Source: Thermoprotei archaeon
Lineage (GTDB): Archaea; Thermoproteota; Thermoprotei_A; Sulfolobales; NBVN01
Reading direction: 5' to 3'
DNA: 41,753 nucleotides
Assembly: GCA_003661745.1 (NCBI GenBank)
Contig: QMWS01000002.1
Span: forward strand, 1 to 41,753
Part shown: positions 26,789-35,642 of the stretch, in pieces
Position numbering within the stretch: the stretch's first letter is position 1
Layout: every line of letters starts with the position of its first letter
Position numbers and translations under genes: made by a program
Notes under the pieces: generated by a model
Database searches by the model: none
What the model was told of the DNA's origin: nothing
Seen by the model: only the letters and a program-made list of their open reading frames with translations

Positions 26789-28679
26789 CTCTGTTTGCCC
26801 CCTCGTCGAACATTGTCACGACAGACGTCGTGTCCACTATTCCGCCAAGCAATACTACCTCACCTTCCGGCAGGCAGCCAGCGCCTGTCACTGAGGTCGA
26901 GAAGATACGCTCCGCTGGCACCTGAATCCTAAGAACGACTCCCCGGTGGCCCTCCTCCGCACCATACTTCGAGCCCGCGAAGAATTCCGCGGTATCCCTG
27001 TGCACCGTCCAGCTCGACAGCGGGTTGCTTGTATGTGCGATCATGTCGCCGATGCTCATCGACCTCGCCTCTTCAAGAGGCAGGTCTAATCCTCGGAGCA
27101 CTGTGACCGTCCTAATCCCCCGCTCGCGCAGCTCTTCCTGGGTGATCTCATACACCGCGCGCAGGTACGCTCCTGCCTTCTTCTTCGCATCCTCGTAGCT
27201 CCCCCACCCATAAAACGCCATCCGCTCTTCCTGCTCCTTCCACAACCTCCGCGCTCTCTCCTCGGTGTAGAACCCACTGGACGGCAGGCCGAACACTTCC
27301 TGCGCGGTGGTCTGCAACACGACGCTCAGTGGTACCTCGTCGCCGCTCGACGCCGCCCAGGTCGCTGTAAGCTTGTCAGCGACCTCGTAGTCCAGGCCAG
27401 ATCGCTCGCTGACCTGCGTGACGATGCGGTCTTTGAGTTTGGAATATCGCTCACCGGATATGACGTCCTTCGCCTGCTGGATGAGGTCATCTGCACTCAG
27501 TCCTTCAGGGGCAGTCTCCAAGGTGGAGCGCTCATACAGCAGCTGACCAAGGCTGTCCGTATCGTCCAGCCCGCTGGACGGCGTCCCAGGCTGCAACCAG
27601 CCTGGCTGCGTCGGCGGGCCACTCACGGGCGCGCCCAAAACGCTGCGCAAGCTTTTAGCGTAGAAAGTGCGCCCCCAGCGTGGATCCTCGCGCTCGCCGA
27701 CGAAGTCTCTCAGCGTGACCTCGCCCCTCTTCCACGCCTCGTAGCCTGCGTTACCCAGCACGGCCCTCTGCACGTCCTCCGGCTGCTCTCTAAAGATACT
27801 CTCCCCTGGCTCCACGACCACCCGTGTATCTGGCGCCCCTTCGAAGCCCAACTCTTCCCACGATGCCACCCAGGGGATCATGGTGCACCGTCCATTCGGA
27901 TGGTCACCAAGCGTCTCGTCTAGCCCGTGCTGCGTCCCGTGCATCGCCCAGCACATCGGGCACGTGCGCCTGTCCAACGCCGCGTGCCAGATCCAGCCCT
28001 TGACGATGTCGCTGTTCGCCTGGTAGCTGCGCCTCGTAGCCTCGCGATATGCCCGCATGGTCTCCGTCCGCGCGATCCGCAGCGCCCGAACCAGGCCCAC
28101 CCCCGCCGCTCGCCGTATCCGCCTGGATATTTCGCGCGAGTTCAGGCCGAGCGCTACGCCCTGCACCAGCTCGTCCGCCACCGCCTGCCCAGCCTGGCCA
28201 GGTAGCTCATCCAGCAGCGCCCGCAGCGGCGAGCCGTCGTGCAGGAATCCTACCAAGTCCTGCGTCGCCTCTATCGGAAGTCTGTTCCAGTGCACGCGGA
28301 CGCCCTCCGGCGGCGCCAGCAAATCCTCCAGAACGAGTTTCTCAGAGTGCTCCTGCGCAGCCCGTACCGCCTCTCCCTGCTGCTCCAGGATCTGGCTCTC
28401 CGCGAACCCGACGAAGTTGCGCAGCTCCGCCTCCACCTGCTCTTGCAGCTCCTCTAACCTGCGATATCGGAACAGCCACGCAGGGCTCACCTCCTCGCCC
28501 GCATCTTTGGCCTCGCGGATCATCCGTAGGAGATCGTCAGCTTGCTCCTTGATCCGCCGCCAGGTCTGGCCATAGTAGTGCACCATCTCCGACGCCGCGC
28601 GGCGCTCGCTGCGCAGCAGCTCACGACGGAATTTCTCGACTGTCTCGTATATCTGCCCCGGCGACTTCGCCTCTGGCAT
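26778..28679 (-). CDS. MuF / SPP1 gp7-like head morphogenesis protein fused to a C-terminal ADP-ribosyltransferase-like domain
   Basis: MuF core RIARTETMRAYREA...WHAALDRRTCPMCWAMHG. The C-terminus has an R-S-E arrangement: TVLRG, NPLSSWT and CLPEGEVVLLGG. Confidence 0.85.
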   Translation of the reverse strand: MPEAKSPGQIYETVEKFRRELLRSERRAASEMVHYYGQTWRRIKEQADDLLRMIREAKDAGEEVSPAWLFRYRRLEELQEQVEAELRNFVGFAESQILEQQGEAVRAAQEHSEKLVLEDLLAPPEGVRVHWNRLPIEATQDLVGFLHDGSPLRALLDELPGQAGQAVADELVQGVALGLNSREISRRIRRAAGVGLVRALRIARTETMRAYREATRRSYQANSDIVKGWIWHAALDRRTCPMCWAMHGTQHGLDETLGDHPNGRCTMIPWVASWEELGFEGAPDTRVVVEPGESIFREQPEDVQRAVLGNAGYEAWKRGEVTLRDFVGEREDPRWGRTFYAKSLRSVLGAPVSGPPTQPGWLQPGTPSSGLDDTDSLGQLLYERSTLETAPEGLSADDLIQQAKDVISGERYSKLKDRIVTQVSERSGLDYEVADKLTATWAASSGDEVPLSVVLQTTAQEVFGLPSSGFYTEERARRLWKEQEERMAFYGWGSYEDAKKKAGAYLRAVYEITQEELRERGIRTVTVLRGLDLPLEEARSMSIGDMIAHTSNPLSSWTVHRDTAEFFAGSKYGAEEGHRGVVLRIQVPAERIFSTSVTGAGCLPEGEVVLLGGIVDTTSVVTMFDEGANRVGA

Positions 28680-28681
28680 CG

Positions 28682-28810
28682 CTAATTCTTACGCTCCACG
28701 TCTATCACGCCGAACTGCCAGAAGAGTCTGGCGAACGTCCAATTGCTGATGACCAGCACCTGGTTTATCGCCCAGGCGACCCACGGATTCATAATCACGC
28801 GCACAATCAC
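28682..28810 (-). CDS. possible 42-aa hydrophobic peptide between portal and MuF
   Basis: Hand translation gives VIVRVIMNPWVAWAINQVLVISNWTFARLFWQFGVIDVERKN. Its GTG overlaps the portal TGA, and its TAG lies 2 nt before the MuF ATG, which has no RBS of its own. Confidence 0.3.
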   Translation of the reverse strand: MIVRVIMNPWVAWAINQVLVISNWTFARLFWQFGVIDVERKN

Positions 28811-30141
28811 ACCCCCCTCTCGAATTGTGTCAGCAGCTTCTCCCCCAGCTCTGCGTCACCAGCCGTCCGCTCCTCCGCCATACGCTCGATCTCCTCAGGA
28901 CTGTAGCCAAGCTCCGCCAGTAGCTGCTCGCGGCTCACGCCCACCTGCTGCTTGAGCAGCGCCGTCTCAGCCTCCGCCCGCGGATTCCGCGGTGCAGCGT
29001 CTTCCCAGACTGTTGATAACCTGTAGTCTCCCTCGATCTCGCGCATCCGAAGCGCCAGGCTCATGCAGTCTTCCCAGACATCGCCGAACGTCTCCTGCAA
29101 ATTCGTGACGATCGTCGTGAGCCGCGCCTCCGCGGTCTTCATCGCCTCGCCCGAAGGCCAGCCGCCCGGGTCAAGCATGAGGTAGTGAAACGGGACTCCA
29201 GAGACACGCGCGATCTCCGCGCGGAAGGAATTCTGGACTTCCAGGAACTGCTTCAGATTCGCAGGGTCGAACTGACCGAACCGCACGTCGGGATCGCCGA
29301 CCGTCCAGATTCGCTCCACCCCAGGAGTGAATGGCGCCTTCGGCTTGCCCGTGACAGGATCAACCTCGACCTCAAGGCCGGTCGCCCACCGCTGCGGCAG
29401 TGAGACGTACTCCATTGCGACGAGCATATCCGCAACCGATTTGTTGAGTGCGTTCTGGAGCGGAATCACGTCCGCCAGCGCCGACCGCCCGAAGTTCGAC
29501 TCCCCCGTGCTGTCGTTCGCGAAGTGGAATACCGGAACCTGTCCCCAGGGATTCGGCACCACCGGCTCGTCCTCCAGCGGGACGTACCCCCGCGCGTCGC
29601 TAAGCGTGCCGTCCACCGCGCGCGACGTCACGTACTTCTCTATCCTATCTGGGTAGTAGAGATTTAGTCGAATCCGACCATCCTCAAGCCGCCACATCCG
29701 CGCCGCGCGCGTTATCTCGCCGTTCCCCTCGTCGCTGTACGCCACCGACATCCGGATAGCGCAGTTCGGATGAATCATCGGCAGTCCGTCCTGGCCGGGC
29801 CAAACAATCACGTACGCGTCACCATCCCTGAGCGCCATCCGATGCACGACACGTGACTTCCGCCCCATGCGGTTCTCTTGCCAAATGCCCCACGCCACGC
29901 CCGGCACCACGTCCTCCCCAGACTCCGCGCCGAAGCCGATTACAATCAGCCTGTCCGCCAGCGTGTCCACCACGACGCCGCAGAGGTTGTCTGCAAATGC
30001 ACTGAAGAACGATCCGAACGCGTTCCTGAAGCGCTCTGTCGCGAATGTAAGCTTGTGCTCGCCGTTGTAGTACTGCTGCGCAATCCTGTACCCCGGCTCG
30101 CGCGAGAGGATTGAATCTATCGCCCATTTGATGTCGCTCAT
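28807..30141 (-). CDS. portal protein (SPP1 gp6-like)
   Basis: 444 aa with an N-terminus typical of SPP1-type portals (YRIAQQYYNGEHKL...). It lies upstream of MuF. Confidence 0.9.
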   Translation of the reverse strand: MSDIKWAIDSILSREPGYRIAQQYYNGEHKLTFATERFRNAFGSFFSAFADNLCGVVVDTLADRLIVIGFGAESGEDVVPGVAWGIWQENRMGRKSRVVHRMALRDGDAYVIVWPGQDGLPMIHPNCAIRMSVAYSDEGNGEITRAARMWRLEDGRIRLNLYYPDRIEKYVTSRAVDGTLSDARGYVPLEDEPVVPNPWGQVPVFHFANDSTGESNFGRSALADVIPLQNALNKSVADMLVAMEYVSLPQRWATGLEVEVDPVTGKPKAPFTPGVERIWTVGDPDVRFGQFDPANLKQFLEVQNSFRAEIARVSGVPFHYLMLDPGGWPSGEAMKTAEARLTTIVTNLQETFGDVWEDCMSLALRMREIEGDYRLSTVWEDAAPRNPRAEAETALLKQQVGVSREQLLAELGYSPEEIERMAEERTAGDAELGEKLLTQFERGV

Positions 30142-30746
30142 CTTTGCCTCACTCTCTTCCGTATGTCAGGCCCGCGTCGGCTACCATGCGGCTCACGCGT
30201 GATCGGTGACCACGGCCTCCTGCGCCTCCGCGACGGCCGCACCTCCACGCGCTCCTGCTTGAGCTCCCCAGCCGTTGCGTATACCAGCCATGACTGCGGC
30301 AAGATACACGCCCGCGGCTTCACGATGTGGAAAGCCCTGAGGAACGCCAGCCGCTCGTCCTCGCCCTTCAGACATTCCGACCGCCACGTGACCAGGAACT
30401 CCCGCCCCGCATCGTCGTTGCGCACGAACAGCAGCTCGTACCCGTGGAGCAGCTGCCTCAAGTCAAGCACAACCGACCTGGTTAGCTTTCGCTCATCCAC
30501 CGTGCCCACGTCCGCTGCAAGAGTACCGTAGTTCCAGAGTGGAACTGCCATCTCCCAGGTGTCAAGAAACGAGAAGCCAGCGTCGAGCAGTCTGACAGGT
30601 ATCTTCATCCCGTGCGCAAGGAACAGCGTCTTGTCACCCGACAGCTCCCAATCGTCCGCGCCGCTCCGCACACGGATGCTGTACGGCGCTCCGAGTTGGT
30701 TCGCGATGCCACTGGCGTCGTCTATCGTCGCGATCACATTCGTCAT
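30138..30746 (-). CDS. hypothetical protein, last gene of the glycan cassette
   Basis: I set the start at the ATG at 30746 (MTNVIATIDD), which gives an ATGA overlap with the methyltransferase stop. Its own stop overlaps the portal ATG. Arg-rich C-terminal tail. No motif recognised. Confidence 0.6.
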   Translation of the reverse strand: MTNVIATIDDASGIANQLGAPYSIRVRSGADDWELSGDKTLFLAHGMKIPVRLLDAGFSFLDTWEMAVPLWNYGTLAADVGTVDERKLTRSVVLDLRQLLHGYELLFVRNDDAGREFLVTWRSECLKGEDERLAFLRAFHIVKPRACILPQSWLVYATAGELKQERVEVRPSRRRRRPWSPITREPHGSRRGPDIRKRVRQR

Positions 30747-31195
30747 TTGCGCACCCTCATCCGCGCCAGGAAGCTCGTCTCGGCGTTGTTCAGCCAGGGC
30801 CCCTTGACAATCTCCCACTTCCGCGGCGTATACCAGTGGTACGCGCGCCCCGCCTTCCGATCAGGGTCGAAATAGTCGAGCGCCCCCGGCGAGAGATGCC
30901 AGACATGCGTCGGATCCCTGTACGAGGTCTCGCTGTTCCACATGGGCAGCTTGATGAACAGCTCCGCGCCAGGCCGCAGGATGCGCCAGCACTCGTCCAG
31001 CGCCTCGACCAGCGTGATCCGGAGATGCTCGAACACCGAATGCGCGATGACCACGTCGAACGACTCGTCCGACCAGGGCCACGGTCGCTCGTTGAGGTCG
31101 TGCGTCACGTCGATCTCCTCGCGGTGCTTGACGAGATCGTGGTTCACCGCCCCACTGACGATCGAATTCCCTGCTCCAAGATTCAGGATCTTCAC
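30743..31195 (-). CDS. class I SAM-dependent methyltransferase
   Basis: Motif I KILNLGAGN and FDVVIAHSVFEHL of Methyltransf_11 type. I prefer the GTG at 31195 because GAGGAGGAGG precedes it and it gives a GTGA overlap; the ORF-track start is 31369. Confidence 0.75.
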   Translation of the reverse strand: MKILNLGAGNSIVSGAVNHDLVKHREEIDVTHDLNERPWPWSDESFDVVIAHSVFEHLRITLVEALDECWRILRPGAELFIKLPMWNSETSYRDPTHVWHLSPGALDYFDPDRKAGRAYHWYTPRKWEIVKGPWLNNAETSFLARMRVRK

Positions 31196-31965
31196 GCCTC
31201 CTCCTCTTCGAGCCATACTGCATATGGCGTCCGCTCTATCTCCGCCCGCACGGCGCCCCAGTTCTCGATGATCTCCGGCAGCGGCTGTGGGTTCACGCGG
31301 CGCAAATGGCAATGCAACATAGCCTGCGGCACGCCGAGGAAGTCGCAGATGCGGCTCGACACGTCCCACGGGATCCCCGTCGCCTCACCGTGCCCTGACC
31401 ACGCGATATCCTCGTATGTGAGCTCGAGCAGCTGAGAGAACTCCGCCAGTTTCGTCTTCGCGAACTCGTCCTGCTCACGCAGTTCTTCAATAGCCCTGAT
31501 GATAGACCGCGGCGCCAAGGACACCCGCTCGCGCATCGTGACCGCGCGGAATGTGTGTTGCGGCAGCGTAATGTGACCCGCGCGCGCCTTGCAGTTCAGC
31601 AGGAAGCTCACGGCCTGACGCAGGTAGTTTTCGCGCCGAAGATGAATCACAGCAGGCTGCGCCCTCACCAGGTACTCCCAGACGCCGTCTAGGAATGCCT
31701 GCCGGTATGTGAGTTTGCACATGCTCACATGATAACCAGTTTGGTCGAGCAGCGCCTGCAAGAGATCTACGCGGGTGATCCCGTCTAGGCAGTCGAGCCA
31801 CACGCTCCTGTAATGCAGCGGCTCGCCGCGGTCGCAGAAGATGTGCGGGTGATTACTCAGGCAATGTGCCAGGAACGTCCCCCCGCTTCGCAGCGACGCG
31901 ATGATTACCGCCGGTCGTGCGATGCCCCTGGTCATGTCGTTCTCGGTTATGCTCTCCGCTATCAT
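31192..31965 (-). CDS. Stf0-like sulfotransferase
   Basis: VIIASLRSGGTFL resembles a 5'-phosphosulfate-binding loop. HLRRENYLRQAVS resembles a 3'-phosphate-binding RR..Q.VS motif. I set the start at the ATG at 31965, which gives an ATGA overlap with the upstream stop. Confidence 0.7.
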   Translation of the reverse strand: MIAESITENDMTRGIARPAVIIASLRSGGTFLAHCLSNHPHIFCDRGEPLHYRSVWLDCLDGITRVDLLQALLDQTGYHVSMCKLTYRQAFLDGVWEYLVRAQPAVIHLRRENYLRQAVSFLLNCKARAGHITLPQHTFRAVTMRERVSLAPRSIIRAIEELREQDEFAKTKLAEFSQLLELTYEDIAWSGHGEATGIPWDVSSRICDFLGVPQAMLHCHLRRVNPQPLPEIIENWGAVRAEIERTPYAVWLEEEEA

Positions 31966-32789
31966 CTCCTCAGCTCCTCGTTGTACGCTCGAACCGCCTC
32001 GATGAGCCGCGCCGGCCGCCCCGTCCTCCTTGCCCACGCGCACAGGTTCGCCGTGTCCTTCGGCAAGCACTTGCCGCCGAAGCCGCGGTTCTCCGGATAC
32101 ACATAGGTGTGACTCCGCGACACCCGCGGGTCAGCCAGCCACAGCTCGCGCAGCTCGTGCCAGTCTACACCAGCCGCCGCGGCGAGATCATAGAATTGAT
32201 TGCAAAATGCGACCTTCGTCGCCAGCCAGGAGTTTTCCATCAACTTGCACAGCTCCGCCGTGCGCGCATCGGTCTGGTAGATGCGCAGCGACGAGTTGGT
32301 GACCAGCGTCCACGCCGTCGCGAATGCCCGCGTCACCTGCCGCGGCCCGCCCAGGATCACGAATGGCAGGCTGTTGCGGAGCGGGTGGTCAACCGTCTCG
32401 CCGTAGTACTCCGGCGAGAAGCAGGTGTTGCTCCCCAGCCACTCGGTCGTCCCGACCTCGACCGTGCTCTTAACGCACCAGTAGCGTACGCGATAATTCC
32501 AGCGCTCATACGCGTGGATGACTTCCGAGCAGTCGCAGCTCCCATCCTCCGCCTCGGGCGTCGGCACGCAGATGAACCCGAGCTCCCAATCCTTACGCTC
32601 ACCCTCAGGGAACGCCGCCAGGTCGTCCGCCACCCGCCGGACGACGCCGTCTACGTCCACGTAGTCCGCATCCGCGAAGAACCGCCCGATCTGCCGACCG
32701 ACATGGCCATAGCCGACGATGAGCGTCGGCGGGTGATGATTGACAACCTCTGGATGCGGCTTAGGCACCATGCTTTCGCTCCCACTCAC
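31962..32789 (-). CDS. nucleotide-sugar (UDP-glucose/GDP-mannose type) dehydrogenase, short form
   Basis: LIVGYGHVGRQIG is the Rossmann motif. GFGGKCLPKD is the catalytic Cys motif. The ORF ends about 30 aa after that motif. The start is either the GTG at 32789 or the ATG at 32771. Confidence 0.75.
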   Translation of the reverse strand: MSGSESMVPKPHPEVVNHHPPTLIVGYGHVGRQIGRFFADADYVDVDGVVRRVADDLAAFPEGERKDWELGFICVPTPEAEDGSCDCSEVIHAYERWNYRVRYWCVKSTVEVGTTEWLGSNTCFSPEYYGETVDHPLRNSLPFVILGGPRQVTRAFATAWTLVTNSSLRIYQTDARTAELCKLMENSWLATKVAFCNQFYDLAAAAGVDWHELRELWLADPRVSRSHTYVYPENRGFGGKCLPKDTANLCAWARRTGRPARLIEAVRAYNEELRR

Positions 32790-34443
32790 TCACCTTCCTC
32801 CACGCCCTTTCACTGTCGATCCGCCCCGGGATTGCGCCCGACCACCTGCGCGCCTGCTTCGGGAAATGCAGAATGCCCGCGGTCTCCACGCCCTCGGAGT
32901 ATGCCGGGAACGTGTTCCACTCGTTCCCCAGGACAAGCGTCCGCGGCGGGTCAGCATACAGCGCCATAAGCAGCGGCCCCTGGTCGCGCTGCGCAAACAC
33001 CTCCCACTCCTCGCGCCACCGCTTGAAGAACCGCTCCACACGCTCGCAGCGCCTGAACGCCCACACGCCACCATTCAGCTGAATCGTGTGAAGTGTCTTG
33101 ACAGCCCTACGCACCTTCCGCATCTCCGCGGCGTTATTTCGCCTGCGGTACGAGAACATCGTGTCCATGAGGTGCGGGTCTTTGCAGATGATGAATTCCC
33201 AACCGTCCTCGATCCACTCGAAGAACCGATACACCGGCGCGGTCACCAGGGTGTCGGCGTCGAGGTACAGCACCGATTCCCACTCCGCCGGACTCAGCTC
33301 GTATGCGCGAAGCTTAGCCCGCCTGCCGCCGATGTCACTGTCCTCCTGCTGGACGAAGACGTCCTCCAGCCCCAGCGGCTCCGCGCCGCATAGGCAAACG
33401 GGGATGTCCGGCATATGCTCCTTGATGCTCTCCAAGAGTCTGCTTGCGCACTTGCGCGCAGGGCCGCCGAACGCGACGACGTAAATCCCCCGCGTCGAGC
33501 CCGTGCCGTGATCTATCGGGTCAGCCATCTTGACCTTCACCTTCGCCTTCTTCCGCACCGTCTGGCGAACCCGCGGCGCGATAGCCTGGAACGCCTGGTC
33601 GTGCGCGGCGACGAAGTTCTCGACAGAGTGCTCCGCCGTCGCGTCACGGAGCGCATCTCTGTCAACACTCCTGCACGTGTCCATGGCCAGGAGCAGCGCC
33701 AGTATCATGCTCTTCGCGTCGCCGCGATTGAAGCGATGTATGCCATTGACGTCCGGCAGCTCATCGTGGAGCCCGACGCCCTTCGAGATCACCACGGGCA
33801 CGCCGCACGCCAGCGCCTCCAGGGTCGGCATCGGGATCCCCTCGACCCGCGACGGCACCAGCAGGATGTCCAAGCCGCGATAGAAGTCAGGCATCTCCGC
33901 CCACTTGTAGCGCCTCGTCGGCACCGGCCAGCCACGGCCGCTCGCTCGCCACTCCACGCGCCCGCCCAGCACCCCCGCCGCGAAGCGAACCAGATTCTCG
34001 CCCTTCCGCTGATTACGATACGTATACCCCGAGACGCCTATGACCACCGGCCCCGACCGCTTGCTCCTGGCGGGCGTGAATCGATCCCGCTCAACCGGCG
34101 CGGGCACCTGCACCGTCGGCCCGCGCGGAGACAGCAGGTCGGTGTAGATCCCAGCGGTGGTTATCCGCAGATCCACCCGCCGCCCCACCGAATCGAATAA
34201 CTTCGCCTTCGAGTTACCAGGGGGCTCCTCCTCGCGATGCGTGAAATACGCCGCCACAGGGACGTCGGGCCAGGGCTTCAGCCGCTGCGCCTCGAAATAC
34301 GCAAGCATGTACAGCGCGTCCGCGTCGTCCTCGATCACGCCATATCGCAGGCTCCATCCCAGGCGCTCCGCTAGATACCTCGCCATGCGCGGGATCACGC
34401 GGTCGTCCCGCCAGTTTCGGCACCAAATCTGCACGTTCACCAC
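32761..34443 (-). CDS. two-domain glycosyltransferase (GT-B/GT4-like N-terminal half plus GT-A/GT8-like C-terminal half)
   Basis: N-terminal half: LLVPSRVEGIPMPTLEALACGVPVV (EX7E). C-terminal half: VLYLDADTLV (DxD) and NGGVWAF. The GTG start overlaps the TerL stop. Confidence 0.8.
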   Translation of the reverse strand: MVNVQIWCRNWRDDRVIPRMARYLAERLGWSLRYGVIEDDADALYMLAYFEAQRLKPWPDVPVAAYFTHREEEPPGNSKAKLFDSVGRRVDLRITTAGIYTDLLSPRGPTVQVPAPVERDRFTPARSKRSGPVVIGVSGYTYRNQRKGENLVRFAAGVLGGRVEWRASGRGWPVPTRRYKWAEMPDFYRGLDILLVPSRVEGIPMPTLEALACGVPVVISKGVGLHDELPDVNGIHRFNRGDAKSMILALLLAMDTCRSVDRDALRDATAEHSVENFVAAHDQAFQAIAPRVRQTVRKKAKVKVKMADPIDHGTGSTRGIYVVAFGGPARKCASRLLESIKEHMPDIPVCLCGAEPLGLEDVFVQQEDSDIGGRRAKLRAYELSPAEWESVLYLDADTLVTAPVYRFFEWIEDGWEFIICKDPHLMDTMFSYRRRNNAAEMRKVRRAVKTLHTIQLNGGVWAFRRCERVERFFKRWREEWEVFAQRDQGPLLMALYADPPRTLVLGNEWNTFPAYSEGVETAGILHFPKQARRWSGAIPGRIDSERAWRKVSEWERKHGA

Positions 34444-35642
34444 GCTACGATCCTTCGGCTCCGTTGAGGCGTGCTGACCATCGCAAACGCCCCCGCGACC
34501 GCGTCCACCTGGTCGTCGTGCGTAGAGCCATCGCCTGTGAACGATACGAACTCGTCAATAAAATCTCTCACCCAATCTCCTCGCACCAGCGTCAGCTTGC
34601 CCTGCTCCGCCCGCGCAGCCACCGGTAACGCGCGCGTTAACTTGTCCTTGTCGACATCGATACCGCGGACGGAGATGCGCGCCAGCTCGCGACGCCGCAG
34701 CAGCGTCTGCACCGCCGCAATGCCGTGAAGCGACTTCTCGATGCCCTGCTCCACACCAGTGCCTTCAAGCAGCATAGTCTGCAACATAATCCGCTCCTGG
34801 TCTGGCCACTCCCACCGACCACGGATCACGTCGCGCACGTAGACAGTGCCATCGTCCGCCTGCGCCACGGCCGCGGATGCGGTGTAGTCCGCGCTCGTCT
34901 TTGTACTCGCCGCCAAGTCCCAGTACCGCGCCCAGCGCAGCCCACCCGGGGCCGCGTCCACAATGCGGAACCACTCGCGCCTGAACAGCGTCCCCGCCTG
35001 ATCGATGAACTCGCCCTCGAGCTCCTGCTTCGCGAAGAACTCAGTGTACTGACTCCTCACCGCTTCGTAGAATCCCTCTGGCAGGAACGGGTTCTCCAGC
35101 GTCCGGATCCGGAACAGCTCCGTACCTTCCCTGCCGCTGCCGAAGACCTCGTACGTCCAGTGCGCCCGCCCTTTAGGCGTGAACGTCGCAGACAGCCAGC
35201 CAGGCTTGCCACCACCGCCGCGGAGGGACGCGATGACGATCTCGAACGCGTCGCGCTTCATGAGACTCGCCTCGTCCAACCACGCGCCCGCCAGGTTCGG
35301 CCCGCGCGCGCGCTCCGGATCGTCCAACGATCGACAGATGATCTCCGCACCATTCCCAAGCTTGAGCATCATATCGCTCAGATTGATGCTGCGCAGGCAG
35401 TGCATCTGGTCGCAGATTGTGGTCAATGCCCTGAACGTCGCGTCTTTGAGCATTCCGTATGTCGGTGCGTACACACCGAAAAGCAGGCCGCGCGAGTCCG
35501 CAGACATCGCGCGTACCGCCATATCCAATGCTCCAACGTATGTCTTGCCGCTGCCGCGCCCGCCGACCAGCGCGCGGAAGGTCGCCTTTGAGTCCCTAAA
35601 CGCTTTCTGCTTCGGACTCAGCTTGATCCTCAGCTCCCGCAA
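34437..35642 (-). CDS. terL: terminase large subunit
   Basis: Walker A GGRGSGKT, Walker B AWLDEAS, and C-terminal nuclease-type acidic residues (YWDLAAS, THDDQVDA). There is no ATG start. I prefer the TTG at 35642, 6 nt after AGGAGG; the ORF-track TTG is at 35657. Confidence 0.9.
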   Translation of the reverse strand: MRELRIKLSPKQKAFRDSKATFRALVGGRGSGKTYVGALDMAVRAMSADSRGLLFGVYAPTYGMLKDATFRALTTICDQMHCLRSINLSDMMLKLGNGAEIICRSLDDPERARGPNLAGAWLDEASLMKRDAFEIVIASLRGGGGKPGWLSATFTPKGRAHWTYEVFGSGREGTELFRIRTLENPFLPEGFYEAVRSQYTEFFAKQELEGEFIDQAGTLFRREWFRIVDAAPGGLRWARYWDLAASTKTSADYTASAAVAQADDGTVYVRDVIRGRWEWPDQERIMLQTMLLEGTGVEQGIEKSLHGIAAVQTLLRRRELARISVRGIDVDKDKLTRALPVAARAEQGKLTLVRGDWVRDFIDEFVSFTGDGSTHDDQVDAVAGAFAMVSTPQRSRRIVAW

